Positions 1 to 8,703 of a stretch of 64,000 nucleotides of DNA are shown piece by piece. A program made the translations under genes and the position numbers. This DNA is from an uncultured Solirubrobacterales bacterium (GTDB lineage Bacteria; Actinomycetota; Thermoleophilia; Solirubrobacterales; 70-9): positions 76,563 through 140,562 of the forward strand of contig CAWJDA010000023.1 in assembly GCA_963841525.1 (NCBI GenBank), given 5' to 3'. A model generated the notes under the pieces. That model made no database searches, was not told where the DNA came from, and saw only the letters and a program-made list of their open reading frames with translations. The first letter of the stretch is position 1. Each line of letters starts with the position of its first letter.

Positions 1-292
1 GCGGGTCGTCGACGTGCCCGCGGTCCATGTAGAGCGAGTCGCACATCTCCCAGAACGCACCCTGCCGGCCGGACGCCTCGGCCGCGGCGTGCAGGGCGGG
101 TGCGCGCGGGTGCTTCGAGGCCATCGGGAAGTGCCTGAAGCAGAGTCGCAGCGGCAGCTCGCGCAGCCGCGCCCAGCCCGCGGCGCAGTAGGGACACCCG
201 AAGTCCGCGTAGACGATCGCCTCCACCCCATTGCCGGTGACATGGTCGTCCGGGCCGACGGGCGGTACGGCTGCACTGGTCAACTCGCTCAT
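1..292 (-). CDS. DsbA-family thioredoxin-fold protein (3' end off the window)
   Basis: Own translation from ATG at 292..290: MSELTSAAVPPVGPDDHVTGNGVEAIVYADFGCPYCAAGWARLRELPLRLCFRHFPMASKHPRAPALHAAAEASGRQGAFWEMCDSLYMDRGHVDDP. It carries a CPYC redox motif. Absent from the ORF track because it runs off the edge. Confidence 0.75.
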   Translation of the reverse strand, partial: MSELTSAAVPPVGPDDHVTGNGVEAIVYADFGCPYCAAGWARLRELPLRLCFRHFPMASKHPRAPALHAAAEASGRQGAFWEMCDSLYMDRGHVDDP

Positions 293-316
293 CGCCACGA
301 CGGTATCTTGCGACGG

Positions 317-1096
317 GTGGAAGGTCTCGTCGGGGAGAGGACGATCCGCGCCGGCCTCTGCGCGTCCGGAGTCGCTGCACTCGTGCTGGCGCTCGGGTTC
401 TTCCAGTCTGCTCACTGGGCCACCGACCTCTGGCCCTGGCCCGACACGCCGCTCTCGTTCATCTTCATCGCGTCGATCCTGGCGGCGATCGCTCTGCCGG
501 CGCTCTGGATCGGGGTGAGCGGCGAGCTCGCGGCGATCCAGGCCGGCGGCCTCGAGCTCTCGATCACCTATGGCGCGATCTTCGTCTATCTGCTCACCCT
601 GGCCGGCGACCCAGGGCAGCCGGCCCTTGGCCCCTACCTGGTCGCCTTCGGCGCGGCGGCGCTCTCCAGCCTCGTTGTCTTCCTCTGGAGCCGCCGGATC
701 CCGTGGCGCGACCGGCGCCCGATGCCATCGGTGGTCCGAGGCTCCTTCGCCTTCTTGGCTCTGGTGCTGGTCGCGGCGGGAACCGCCCTCGCCTTCGGCG
801 CCGACATCTTCCCCTGGGAACTGCGCTCGGAGACCTCGGTGATCTTCGGCTTCATCTACCTCGGCGCGGCGGTCTATTTCCTCTACGGCTTCGTCCAGCC
901 TCGCTGGTCGAACGCGGCCGGCCAGCTGATCGGCTTTCTCGCCTACGACATCGTCCTGATCGGCCCGTTCGTGGACCGCTTCGACGAGGTCACCGGCCGC
1001 CAACTGCTCAGCCTGATCATCTATTCGGCGGTCCTCGTCTTCAGCGGCGCACTCGCCTTCTACTACCTGTTCGTCAGCGACGAGACCCGGCTCTAG
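317..1096 (+). CDS. polytopic membrane protein, function unknown
   Basis: Part of ORF 14..1096 with several hydrophobic helices (LVLALGFF, FIFIASILAAIALPALWIG, IFVYLLTLAG and others). The upstream part of the ORF overlaps the divergent dsbA-like gene. In-frame TTG 308 or GTG 317 are the plausible starts. Confidence 0.6.
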   Translation: MEGLVGERTIRAGLCASGVAALVLALGFFQSAHWATDLWPWPDTPLSFIFIASILAAIALPALWIGVSGELAAIQAGGLELSITYGAIFVYLLTLAGDPGQPALGPYLVAFGAAALSSLVVFLWSRRIPWRDRRPMPSVVRGSFAFLALVLVAAGTALAFGADIFPWELRSETSVIFGFIYLGAAVYFLYGFVQPRWSNAAGQLIGFLAYDIVLIGPFVDRFDEVTGRQLLSLIIYSAVLVFSGALAFYYLFVSDETRL

Positions 1097-1212
1097 AGGC
1101 GACCCGCATCGCCACGCACGGAGCGACGCACGCAGGGAAAAGAGAGAAAAAAAAAGCGCACAGACACGCAGGCGACTCACGCAGGCTCGGCTCGTCGCGC
1201 ATCGCTGAGCCG

Positions 1213-1880
1213 GAAAAAAAAGAAAGAAAAGAAAAAGAAGAAAGAAAAGAAGAAAAAGAAGAAAAAGAAAAGTGAGAAAAGGAAGGAAAAGAAAAGGGAA
1301 AAGAAGAAGAAGAAAAAAGAGAAAGGAGAGAAGAGAGAGGAAGAGAGAAGGGAAGAAAAGAAAGAAGAAGGAGAGAGAGAAAGAGAGAAAGAGAAGAAGG
1401 AAAAGAGGATGAGAGAAAGAGAGAAAGAAAGAGAAGAAGAAGAGAAAGAGGGAGAGGAGGAGGAGAGGGGACGCGACTCGAGCCGCTCGCTCTCCACTAG
1501 CCGAGGAAGGAAAAGAGGGAGGAAAGGGGGAGGAGAAAAGAGAGAGACGAGCAGAGAGAGGGAGAGAAAAGAGAGAGAGGAGAGGAGGGGAGCGCGGAGG
1601 AGACGGGAGAGAAGGGGGGGAAAGGGGAGGAGAAAGGGAAGAGGGAGAGGTGAAAGGGGAGGAGGGAGAGGGAGAGAAGGGAGAGAGGGAGGGAGGGGAG
1701 AGGGAGGGGGGGGAGGGGGGAGAGAGGGAGGGGGGGGGGGAGAGAGGGAGAGGGGGGGGGGGGGGGGGGGGGGGAGAGGGGAGAGGGGGGGGAGGGGGAG
1801 AGAGAGGGAGAGGGCGACGGGGGGTACGGGGGGGGGGGAGAGGGTGGGGGGGGAGGGGGAGGTGAGAGAGAGCGGGAGGT
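1213..1880. repeat. aperiodic homopurine/homopyrimidine low-complexity tract, A-rich grading to G-rich
   Basis: The plus strand is almost only A/G. One short mixed island (1471-1502) interrupts it, and a second (1145-1212) lies just upstream. There is a 23-G run at 1752-1774 and an 11-G run at 1730-1740. No repeat unit is visible. Confidence 0.95.
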
Positions 1881-1899
1881 ATAGGGGGATGGAGCGGGA

Positions 1900-2359
1900 G
1901 AAGGTGCTCCATAGCCGAGAGCGCGTCGAAGATCAGGTTCGCGCCCGGGATCTCGCCCGGGTTCGGCGCGGCGTACGACCACTTCACCTCGCCGTGATCG
2001 ATCAGCACCAGCGAGCGGTTGGCGTGGCCGACGGCGTCGATCCAGGCGCCGTAGGCGCGGGAGACCTCGCCCTTCGGGTTGAAGTCGGCCAGCAGCGGCA
2101 TGGTCAGGTTGAGCTGCTCGCGAAAGGCCCGGTGCGAGTAGCTCGAGTCCACGCTGATCCCGACCAGCGTCGCGCCCTTCGACTCGATCTCGGGCAGGAC
2201 CTCCTGGTAGAGGCTGAGCTGACCGGTGCACACCGGGCTGAAGTCGAGCGGATAGAACGCGATCATCAGCTTGCGATCGAGGAAGTCGCCGAGCGCGACC
2301 GGGTTTCCGTCCTGATCGGGCAGCGAGAAGTCGGGTGCGCTCGTGCCGGCCTCGATCAT
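1900..2359 (-). CDS. peroxiredoxin (AhpC/TSA, Bcp/PrxQ-like); 3' end undefined because no stop codon follows
   Basis: Own translation from ATG 2359: MIEAGTSAPDFSLPDQDGNPVALGDFLDRKLMIAFYPLDFSPVCTGQLSLYQEVLPEIESKGATLVGISVDSSYSHRAFREQLNLTMPLLADFNPKGEVSRAYGAWIDAVGHANRSLVLIDHGEVKWSYAAPNPGEIPGANLIFDALSA. The frame then runs into the polypyrimidine strand. The ORF is not in the supplied track. Confidence 0.75.
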
Positions 2360-2373
2360 GTCGCTCGCCGGCG

Positions 2374-2643
2374 CTAGCGCCGCAGGCCCAGCTCAGCGAC
2401 CAGCGAGCGGTAGCGCTCCAGGTCGCTGCTCTCCAGGTAGCGAAGGATGCGGCGGCGCTTGCCGACCATCTTCAGGAGGCCACGGCGCGAATGGTGGTCC
2501 TTGCTGTGGGTGCGCAGGTGCTCGGTGAGCTCGTTGATCCGCTCCGTGAGCAGCGCGACCTGCACCTCGGCGGACCCGGTGTCCTCGCCCGACCGGCCGT
2601 ACTTCCCGATCAGCTCCTGCTTTCGGTCCTTGGTCAGCGGCAT
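2374..2643 (-). CDS. rpsO: 30S ribosomal protein S15
   Basis: [57 protein letters not shown]..., 89 aa, ATG at 2643. The upstream part of ORF 2374..3057 overlaps ribF and is not coding. Confidence 0.95.
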   Translation of the reverse strand: MPLTKDRKQELIGKYGRSGEDTGSAEVQVALLTERINELTEHLRTHSKDHHSRRGLLKMVGKRRRILRYLESSDLERYRSLVAELGLRR

Positions 2644-2663
2644 CGACGCAACAGGGTAGCGAT

Positions 2664-3560
2664 CTACCGCTTGCCCCTGTCCTCGTACTTCGCGAGGATC
2701 TCCCCCGCCTCGGCGACGTCCCTGTTCATCTGCGCGATCAGGTCCTCGACGCTCGGGAAGCGCCGCTCGCCGCGCAGCCGGCTGACGAAGGCGACACGCA
2801 GGTTCTGCCCGTAGAGGTCGCCGTCGAAGTCGATCAGGAAGGACTCGATCAGCAGTCCCCTGCCCGTCTCGAAGGTCGGCCTCACCCCCACGTTGACCGC
2901 CGCCGGGTGGCCGTTGGCGAAAGCGGCGTAGACGCCGTGGCCCGGCACGACCAGGCGATCGTCGGGAACGAGGTTCGCCGTGGGGAAGCCGAGCTCGCGG
3001 CCGCGGCGATCGCCCTCCACGACCTCGCCCTCCACCATGAACGGGGCTCCCAGGCACCGCATCGCCGCATCGACCTCTCCGGCGGCGACCAGGGCCCGAA
3101 TCCGGCTCGAGGAGACCGTCTCGCCGTCGACCTCGATCAGGGGCACGATGCGGGTCTCGAAGTCCTCGCGCTCGGCGAGCATCTGCGGCGTCCCCTTGGC
3201 TCTTGTCCCGAAGCGGAAGTTCTCCCCCACCGAGACTTTGCCGGCCCCGAGCTGCTCGACCAGGATCCGCGAGATGAACTCCTCGGCGGGGATCTTCATG
3301 AACTCCTTGTCGAACGGGATCACCACCAGCTCGTCGACCCCGAGCCCGTCGATCACGTCGCGCTTCACGTCGAAGGGCATGATCAGCTTCGGCGCCGCCT
3401 CTGGGTTGATCACGCTGAGCGGATGCGGGTCGAAGGTGAGCACGGTGTCCGCCTCGTCGATCACCGCCTGGTGACCCTTGTGAACGCCGTCGAAGACGCC
3501 GATCGCCACGTGGCGGTCGCGCGGTTCGGCGTCGGGGAGCTTTGTCACCTTGATGGTCAA
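2664..3560 (-). CDS. ribF: bifunctional riboflavin kinase / FMN adenylyltransferase
   Basis: 298 aa ORF with typical RibF N-terminus ([16 protein letters not shown]) and kinase half (GFPTANL). Sits in the conserved truB-ribF-rpsO context. Confidence 0.95.
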   Translation of the reverse strand: MTIKVTKLPDAEPRDRHVAIGVFDGVHKGHQAVIDEADTVLTFDPHPLSVINPEAAPKLIMPFDVKRDVIDGLGVDELVVIPFDKEFMKIPAEEFISRILVEQLGAGKVSVGENFRFGTRAKGTPQMLAEREDFETRIVPLIEVDGETVSSSRIRALVAAGEVDAAMRCLGAPFMVEGEVVEGDRRGRELGFPTANLVPDDRLVVPGHGVYAAFANGHPAAVNVGVRPTFETGRGLLIESFLIDFDGDLYGQNLRVAFVSRLRGERRFPSVEDLIAQMNRDVAEAGEILAKYEDRGKR

Positions 3561-4362
3561 GTCAGGACAACCTCGGGTTGCAGATTCTCTCCATCCACGC
3601 GCGCGACCGCGATCAGCCTCCCCTCGTATGTGAGACGCACGTGCCTCGGGGGCACGTCGAACGGCTCCTCCACGGGGCGACCATGTCCCACACGGTCCGC
3701 CTCATCGTGGTCAAGCAGCCGCTCGGGGAGAAACTCCATCAATCGCTCGACGGAAACCTCCTCGCGGCCGCCGTCCGGCACTAGGAGGTCTCCGATCGCC
3801 GTCCGCCGCAGAGACTCGCAGTAGGCGTCCTCGAGCGTCTCCACCAACGTCCGGATATAGGTGCCCGACGAGCACTCGATCTCGAAGGTCGCGCGCTCCG
3901 CCATCCCGCTCGATCAGCTCCGCCCGGTAGACGTTCACCCGCCGAATGGGGGTCTCGACCGACTCGCCGCGGTGCGCCTTCCGATAGAGCCGCTCGCCAT
4001 CGACCTTGACCGCCGAGGTCATCGGCACGCGCTGTTCGATCTCCCCGGTCGGCAGCTCGAGCCGGTCGGGGATTCGGCCGGTCTCGGTGAGCTCGCCGTC
4101 GGGATCACCGGTGGACGAGCGCCAGCCGAGCCTCGCCGTGGCCCGATAGGTCTTCGGCAGCTCGAGCAGATAGCGCTGCAGTCGGGTCGCGCGGCCCAGC
4201 AGCGCGACCAGCAGGCCGGTGGCGAACGGGTCGAGGGTGCCGGCGTGGCCGATCTTGCCCCCGAACTGCCGCCGGAGCTCTGGCGACCACGTCGTGCGAG
4301 GTCACCCCGGCAGGCTTGTCGACCAGCAGCCCCCGGGCAGGGGTCGGCTCCCCCTCCGACAT
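3557..4362 (-). pseudogene. truB: tRNA pseudouridine(55) synthase TruB, split over three frames by two apparent +1 shifts
   Basis: N-terminus in ORF 4105..4362 (GLLVDKPAGVTSHDVVAR). The middle section begins in an unlisted reading frame (LRRQFGGKIGHAGTLDPFATGLLV) and continues into ORF 3711..4028 (SAVKVDGERLYRKAHRGE). C-terminus in ORF 3557..3904 (ERATFEIECSSGTYIRTLVE). Shifts lie near 4278-4282 and 3895-3905. Confidence 0.85.
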
Positions 4363-4365
4363 GCC

Positions 4366-5370
4366 TCAGCTGTCGAGCTGCGAGGCGATCTCCCCGATCA
4401 GGAACTCGGTGACCTGCTCGTAGGGGAGATCGGTGCCGAAACCGGCGGCGCGACGATGGCCACCGCCCCCGTGGACTCGAGCGATCGCCGAGACGTCGAC
4501 ACGCCCGTCGGTCGAGCGCATGCTCACCTTGCGGTCGGCACGGCCGCTCTCGGCCTGATCGCGGACGACAGCCGCAACCAGGGTCCCGTCGATGGTCCGG
4601 AGGTGGTCGATTACCCCCTCTGTGAGCGCCTCGCTGGCGCCGGTCGCCGCGTAGTCGTCAGCGGAGATGTAGGTGATCGCGAGCCGGCCCTCATCGAGCA
4701 GCTCAATCTGGTCGAGGGCGCGGGCGAGCAGCCTGAGCTTCTCGATCGGCGCGTGCTCGTAGAGGCGGCGATATACCTCGTTGACCTCCACCCCGGCCTC
4801 GATCACCCCGGCGGCCATGCGGTGAGAGCGCGCATCCGTGTTCTCGTACATGAACTTGCCGGTGTCGGTGACGAGGGCGACGTAGAGCGCGTTGGCGATC
4901 TCAGGAGTCAGCTCGACGCCGAGCAGCCCGGCGATGTCGTAGAGGATCTCCGCGGTGCAAGAGGCGTCGACGTCGACCAGGTTGACGGTGCCGAAGCGGG
5001 TGTTGTCGTGGTGGTGATCGATGTTGATCACCTTGGTCCCGTCGGTGCGCAGGAAGTCGACGGGCATGCGGTCGATGTTCCCGCAGTCCAGGAAGATGAC
5101 GACGCGATCGTGGATGTCCGCCGGCGGCTCGTGGAAGACCTCCTCCAGCGGCAGGAACCGGTATTCGACCGGAAGCGGGAACTCCTTCGCGGCCAGGAAC
5201 ATCACCGAGTCCTTGCCGAGCGCCTCGAGGATCCGCTGGGTGGCGAGCAGCGAGCCGAGCGCGTCGCCGTCCGGGTTCTCGTGGGTCGTCAGGATGAAGC
5301 GCTCACCTGCCCGGATCTCCTCTACGACGAGGTCGAGGTCGCTGGTCAAGAGCCCGGTAGCTTCCGTCAT
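4366..5370 (-). CDS. nrnA: DHH/DHHA1 phosphoesterase, NrnA-like oligoribonuclease / pAp phosphatase
   Basis: 334 aa with HENPDGDALGS, DHHH and GGGH motifs. Conserved position between rbfA and truB. Confidence 0.85.
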   Translation of the reverse strand: MTEATGLLTSDLDLVVEEIRAGERFILTTHENPDGDALGSLLATQRILEALGKDSVMFLAAKEFPLPVEYRFLPLEEVFHEPPADIHDRVVIFLDCGNIDRMPVDFLRTDGTKVINIDHHHDNTRFGTVNLVDVDASCTAEILYDIAGLLGVELTPEIANALYVALVTDTGKFMYENTDARSHRMAAGVIEAGVEVNEVYRRLYEHAPIEKLRLLARALDQIELLDEGRLAITYISADDYAATGASEALTEGVIDHLRTIDGTLVAAVVRDQAESGRADRKVSMRSTDGRVDVSAIARVHGGGGHRRAAGFGTDLPYEQVTEFLIGEIASQLDS

Positions 5371-5702
5371 TCGTCGTCCAGAAGACGGGAGATGCGGGCG
5401 CCGCGATCGACGCTCTCGTCGTATTCGAAGGTCAGGGTCGGGGTTCGCTTCAGGCGCATGCCGCTCGCGATCTTGCTCTGCAGGACTCCATGGGAGGAAC
5501 GCAGGCCGGCGAGCGAGCTCTCGCGCTCCTCGGGGGAGCCGAGCACGCTGACGTAGACGCGCGCAGCGCGCAGGTCGGGAGAGGTGTCAACTTCGGTCAC
5601 GGTCACGAATCCGATTCGCGGGTCCTTGAGCTCCGTCGTGATCGCATCGCCGAGGATCTCGCGAATCGCCTCATTGACGCGCCGCATCCGGGCGGTCCCC
5701 AT
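5367..5702 (-). CDS. rbfA: ribosome-binding factor A
   Basis: MGTARMRRVNEAIREILGDAITTELKDPRIGFVTVTEVDTSPDLRAARVYVSV. ATG at 5702 preferred over the ORF-track start at 5732. Confidence 0.9.
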   Translation of the reverse strand: MGTARMRRVNEAIREILGDAITTELKDPRIGFVTVTEVDTSPDLRAARVYVSVLGSPEERESSLAGLRSSHGVLQSKIASGMRLKRTPTLTFEYDESVDRGARISRLLDDE

Positions 5703-5877
5703 CGCTGGGCGACGATAACAGCAGATGCTCAAACAAACCCAAGTGCGCTAACAGAACGGACACGGCCGGGTTGCGAAGATCACAAGCTGCCCGATGTCGC
5801 TCTCACAACGGGCGGCCAGACGGCATCTGCGGATTGGTGATCGATCCCGGAGAGGGAATTTCTTGAGCTTCACCTCA

Positions 5878-6177
5878 TCAGTCGCGGATGTCGCGCAGGC
5901 TGAGCAGATCGCGCTCGACCGAACATCCGTCCGGGCAGCGGCTCTCGACGAAGCGAACCAGGCCGTCGGCGCGGTCGGAGACCCGTCCGTCGCCGACGAG
6001 CGCGCAGAGCAGCGTCGAGCGCTGCCATTTGTCGTGACCCTCGATCTCGGCCACCGAAGCCCCGAATCGCTGCCGGATCCCGTCCTTCAGCGACTTGAGG
6101 AGCTTCCGCTTGCCCTTCAGGTCCTGAACCTCGCCGAAGTGAAGACGGATCTCGATCAGCTCGACGAACGCCGTCAC
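5878..6177 (-). CDS. DUF503 family protein (YlxP-like)
   Basis: 99 aa, MTAFVELIEIRLHFGEVQDLKGKRKLLKSL. Typical small gene between infB and rbfA. Confidence 0.8.
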   Translation of the reverse strand: MTAFVELIEIRLHFGEVQDLKGKRKLLKSLKDGIRQRFGASVAEIEGHDKWQRSTLLCALVGDGRVSDRADGLVRFVESRCPDGCSVERDLLSLRDIRD

Positions 6178-6199
6178 GCGCCGAGGCTAGCGCCGGCGT

Positions 6200-8460
6200 C
6201 TACTCCAGGGTCTGCTCGACCTGCCGCGTCTCGAAGAACTCGAGGACGTCGCCCTCCTTGATGTCGGCGAAGCCGTCCAGCACGATGCCGCACTCCTGGC
6301 CCTCGTCGACCTCCTGGACGTCGTCCTTGAAGCGCCGCAGCGAGCCGACCTTGCCCGACCAGATGATGGTGCCGTCGCGGACGAGGCGAACGCTGGCGGT
6401 GCGAGTGACCTTGCCGTCCGTGACGAGGCAGCCGGCGATCGTGCCGACCCGCGAGGCCTTGAAGGTCTGCTTGACCTCGGCCTGGCCGAGCGCCTCCTCG
6501 ACCTCCTCCGGCTCGAGCAGGCCCTCCATCGCCGCGCGCAGCTCTTCCGTGACCTTGTAGATCACCGTGTAGGTGCGGATGTCGACGCCCTCCTGCTCGG
6601 CCGCGCGGCGCGCCTCGGCAAGGGGCCGCACGTTGAAGCCGATGATCACGGCGTCGGAGGCGGCCGCCAGCATGACGTCGGACTCGTTGATGCCGCCGGT
6701 CTGCGCGTGGATAACGTTGACGGGGACCTGCTCCTGCGGCAGCTTCGCGATCTCGTCCTGGAGCGCCTCCAGCGATCCCGAGACGTCGGCCTTGAGCACG
6801 ATGTTGAGCTCGTTGAGCTGGCCTGCGCTGGCCCTCTGGAAGACCTCCTCGAGGGTGACCTTACGGGCCTGGCGGCGGGCGAGCTGCTCGGTCTTCAGGC
6901 GGGTCTCGCGCTCCTGGGCGAGCTGGCGTGCCTTGCGCTCGTTCTCCACCACCTGGATGTGCTCGCCGGCCTCGCTCACTCCGTCGAACCCGAGGACCTC
7001 CACGGGCGTCCCGGGAGTGGCCTCGTCCACGCGCTCGCCCTTGTCGTCGAGCATCGCGCGGACCTTGCCCCAGACCGGACCGGCGACCACCGCATCGCCC
7101 ACGTGGAGGGTGCCCCGCTGAACCAGGACGCCGGTGACTGGACCGCGGCCAGGGTCGAGTTCTGCCTCGACCACCGCGCCGGAGGCGGGAGCGTCGGGGT
7201 TCGCGCCCAGCTCCTCGAGGTCGGTGACCAGCAGGATCATCTCGAGCAGGTTGTCTAGGCCGTCCTTGGTCTTCGCCGAGACGTCCGCATAGACGGTGTC
7301 CCCGCCCCACTCCTCGGGGTTGAGGTCCTGCTGCGCAAGCTCCGTGCGGACGCGATTCGGGTCGGCGCCCTCCTTGTCGATCTTGTTGACGGCGACCAGG
7401 ATCGGGACGCCGGCTGCCCGGGCGTGGTCGATCGCCTCGACGGTCTGCGGCATGACGCCGTCGTCGGCGGCGACGACGATCACGGCAACGTCGGTGACCG
7501 AGGCACCCCTGGCGCGCATGGCGGTGAATGCCTCGTGGCCCGGCGTGTCCAGGAAGGTGAGCGTCTTGCCGTCGTGAGCGACCTGGTAGGCGCCGATGTG
7601 CTGGGTGATCCCACCCGCCTCGCCGGCGGCGACCTGGGTCTGACGGATCGCATCGAGCAGCGAGGTCTTGCCGTGGTCGACGTGGCCCATCACGGTGACC
7701 ACCGGGGGCCGTTCGACCAGATCGGCCTGGTCGTCCTCTTCGGCGACGGGCTCCTCTACCTCCTCATCGGCCGTGGTGACGATCTCGACCTTGCGGTCGA
7801 ACTGCTTGGCGATCGACTCGACGGACTCGTCGGTAAGGGTCTGGGTGAGGGTCGCCATCTCCCCCTCCTTCATCAGAGCCTTGATCACCTCGGCGGCGGA
7901 GAGGCCGAGGCTCTCGGCGACCTCGCGAACGGTCGCCCCCGAGTTCACCTTGATCGGCGGCTGCTCCTCAGGCTGCTTCAGCTCCTTGTCACTGGGCTCC
8001 TCGAGCAGGGGGCGGCGACGTCGACCGCCGCGACGGCGCGGCGGTCGAGGCGGCGGCTGGGTCTTGGCGATGTGGTCACGACGCGCGGCCTGTGAGTCGA
8101 TCACGACGCGGCGGCGTCTCTTGGCCGGGCCCTTCTTGGCCGCAGCGGATGTGCCGTCTCCGGTCGCCGTCGGCGGGTTTTTGGCCTTTGTCCTGGTGCC
8201 TTCGAGGCCCCGTCGCTCTTCGTCTTCGCGGTGGCGGCCTGCTCAGCGGCCTTTGCCGCCGGCTTCGCCTTCGTGGCGGTGGCGGACGAGCCGGAGGAGG
8301 CGCCATCGCCGGAGCCCTTCAGGGCGGCCAGTGCGTCCGACTCCTCGACGCTCGACTGGGCGGCCTTCGCCTCGATCCCGGCAGCGTTGAGCGCCGCAAG
8401 GAGCTCCTTGCTGGTCAGGCCCTGGGCCTTCGCTATCTCGTGTACTCGCTTCTTCGCCAT
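6200..8460 (-). CDS. infB: translation initiation factor IF-2, with one apparent frameshift in the N-terminal low-complexity region
   Basis: ORF 6200..8104 has the GTPase core ([29 protein letters not shown]). ORF 8101..8460 has the IF-2 N-terminus ([21 protein letters not shown]). The main frame reads upstream as [34 protein letters not shown]. The join lies near 8185-8200. Confidence 0.9.
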
Positions 8461-8703
8461 CTCCTACTCGGTCTTCTGCTCCTCGCCGGCGGTCACCGGG
8501 GCCTCCTCGGCCTCGGGCTCAGCGCCGTCCTCGGATGTCTCGGTCTGCTCGCCGCGCCCGCTTTCGCCCTCGGTCTCGGGCTCGAGGTTCTGCTCGGGGC
8601 CCTCGGCCTCCTCGTCGGCGTCCGGCGCCTCGGCGGTTGGGTCTCTTCCTCAGCGGCAGCCTCTTCCTCCGCCTCCGGAGCCGCATCCTCGGGCGGGGAA
8701 TCT

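Noticed and set aside
1213-1880. Possible CRISPR array or microsatellite in the low-complexity tract
   Set aside because: There is no constant repeat unit and no repeat-spacer periodicity. No cas genes occur anywhere in the window.
1177-2377. ORFs 1409..2377(+) (E/K/R/G-rich), 1650..1865(+), 1177..1497(-) and 1497..2231(-) (S/P/L/F-rich)
   Set aside because: These are pure translation products of the homopurine/homopyrimidine tract. A C/T-only strand cannot contain stop codons, so all frames are open by composition. There is no domain-like sequence.
4219-5556. Long plus-strand ORFs antisense to real genes (for example 4219..5556, 8929..10605, 20069..21955, 22307..23464, 25932..27023, 45919..47565, 48846..50876)
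   Set aside because: These are typical high-GC shadow ORFs. They are Arg/Gly/Asp/His-rich, carry no motifs, and each fully overlaps a well-supported minus-strand gene.
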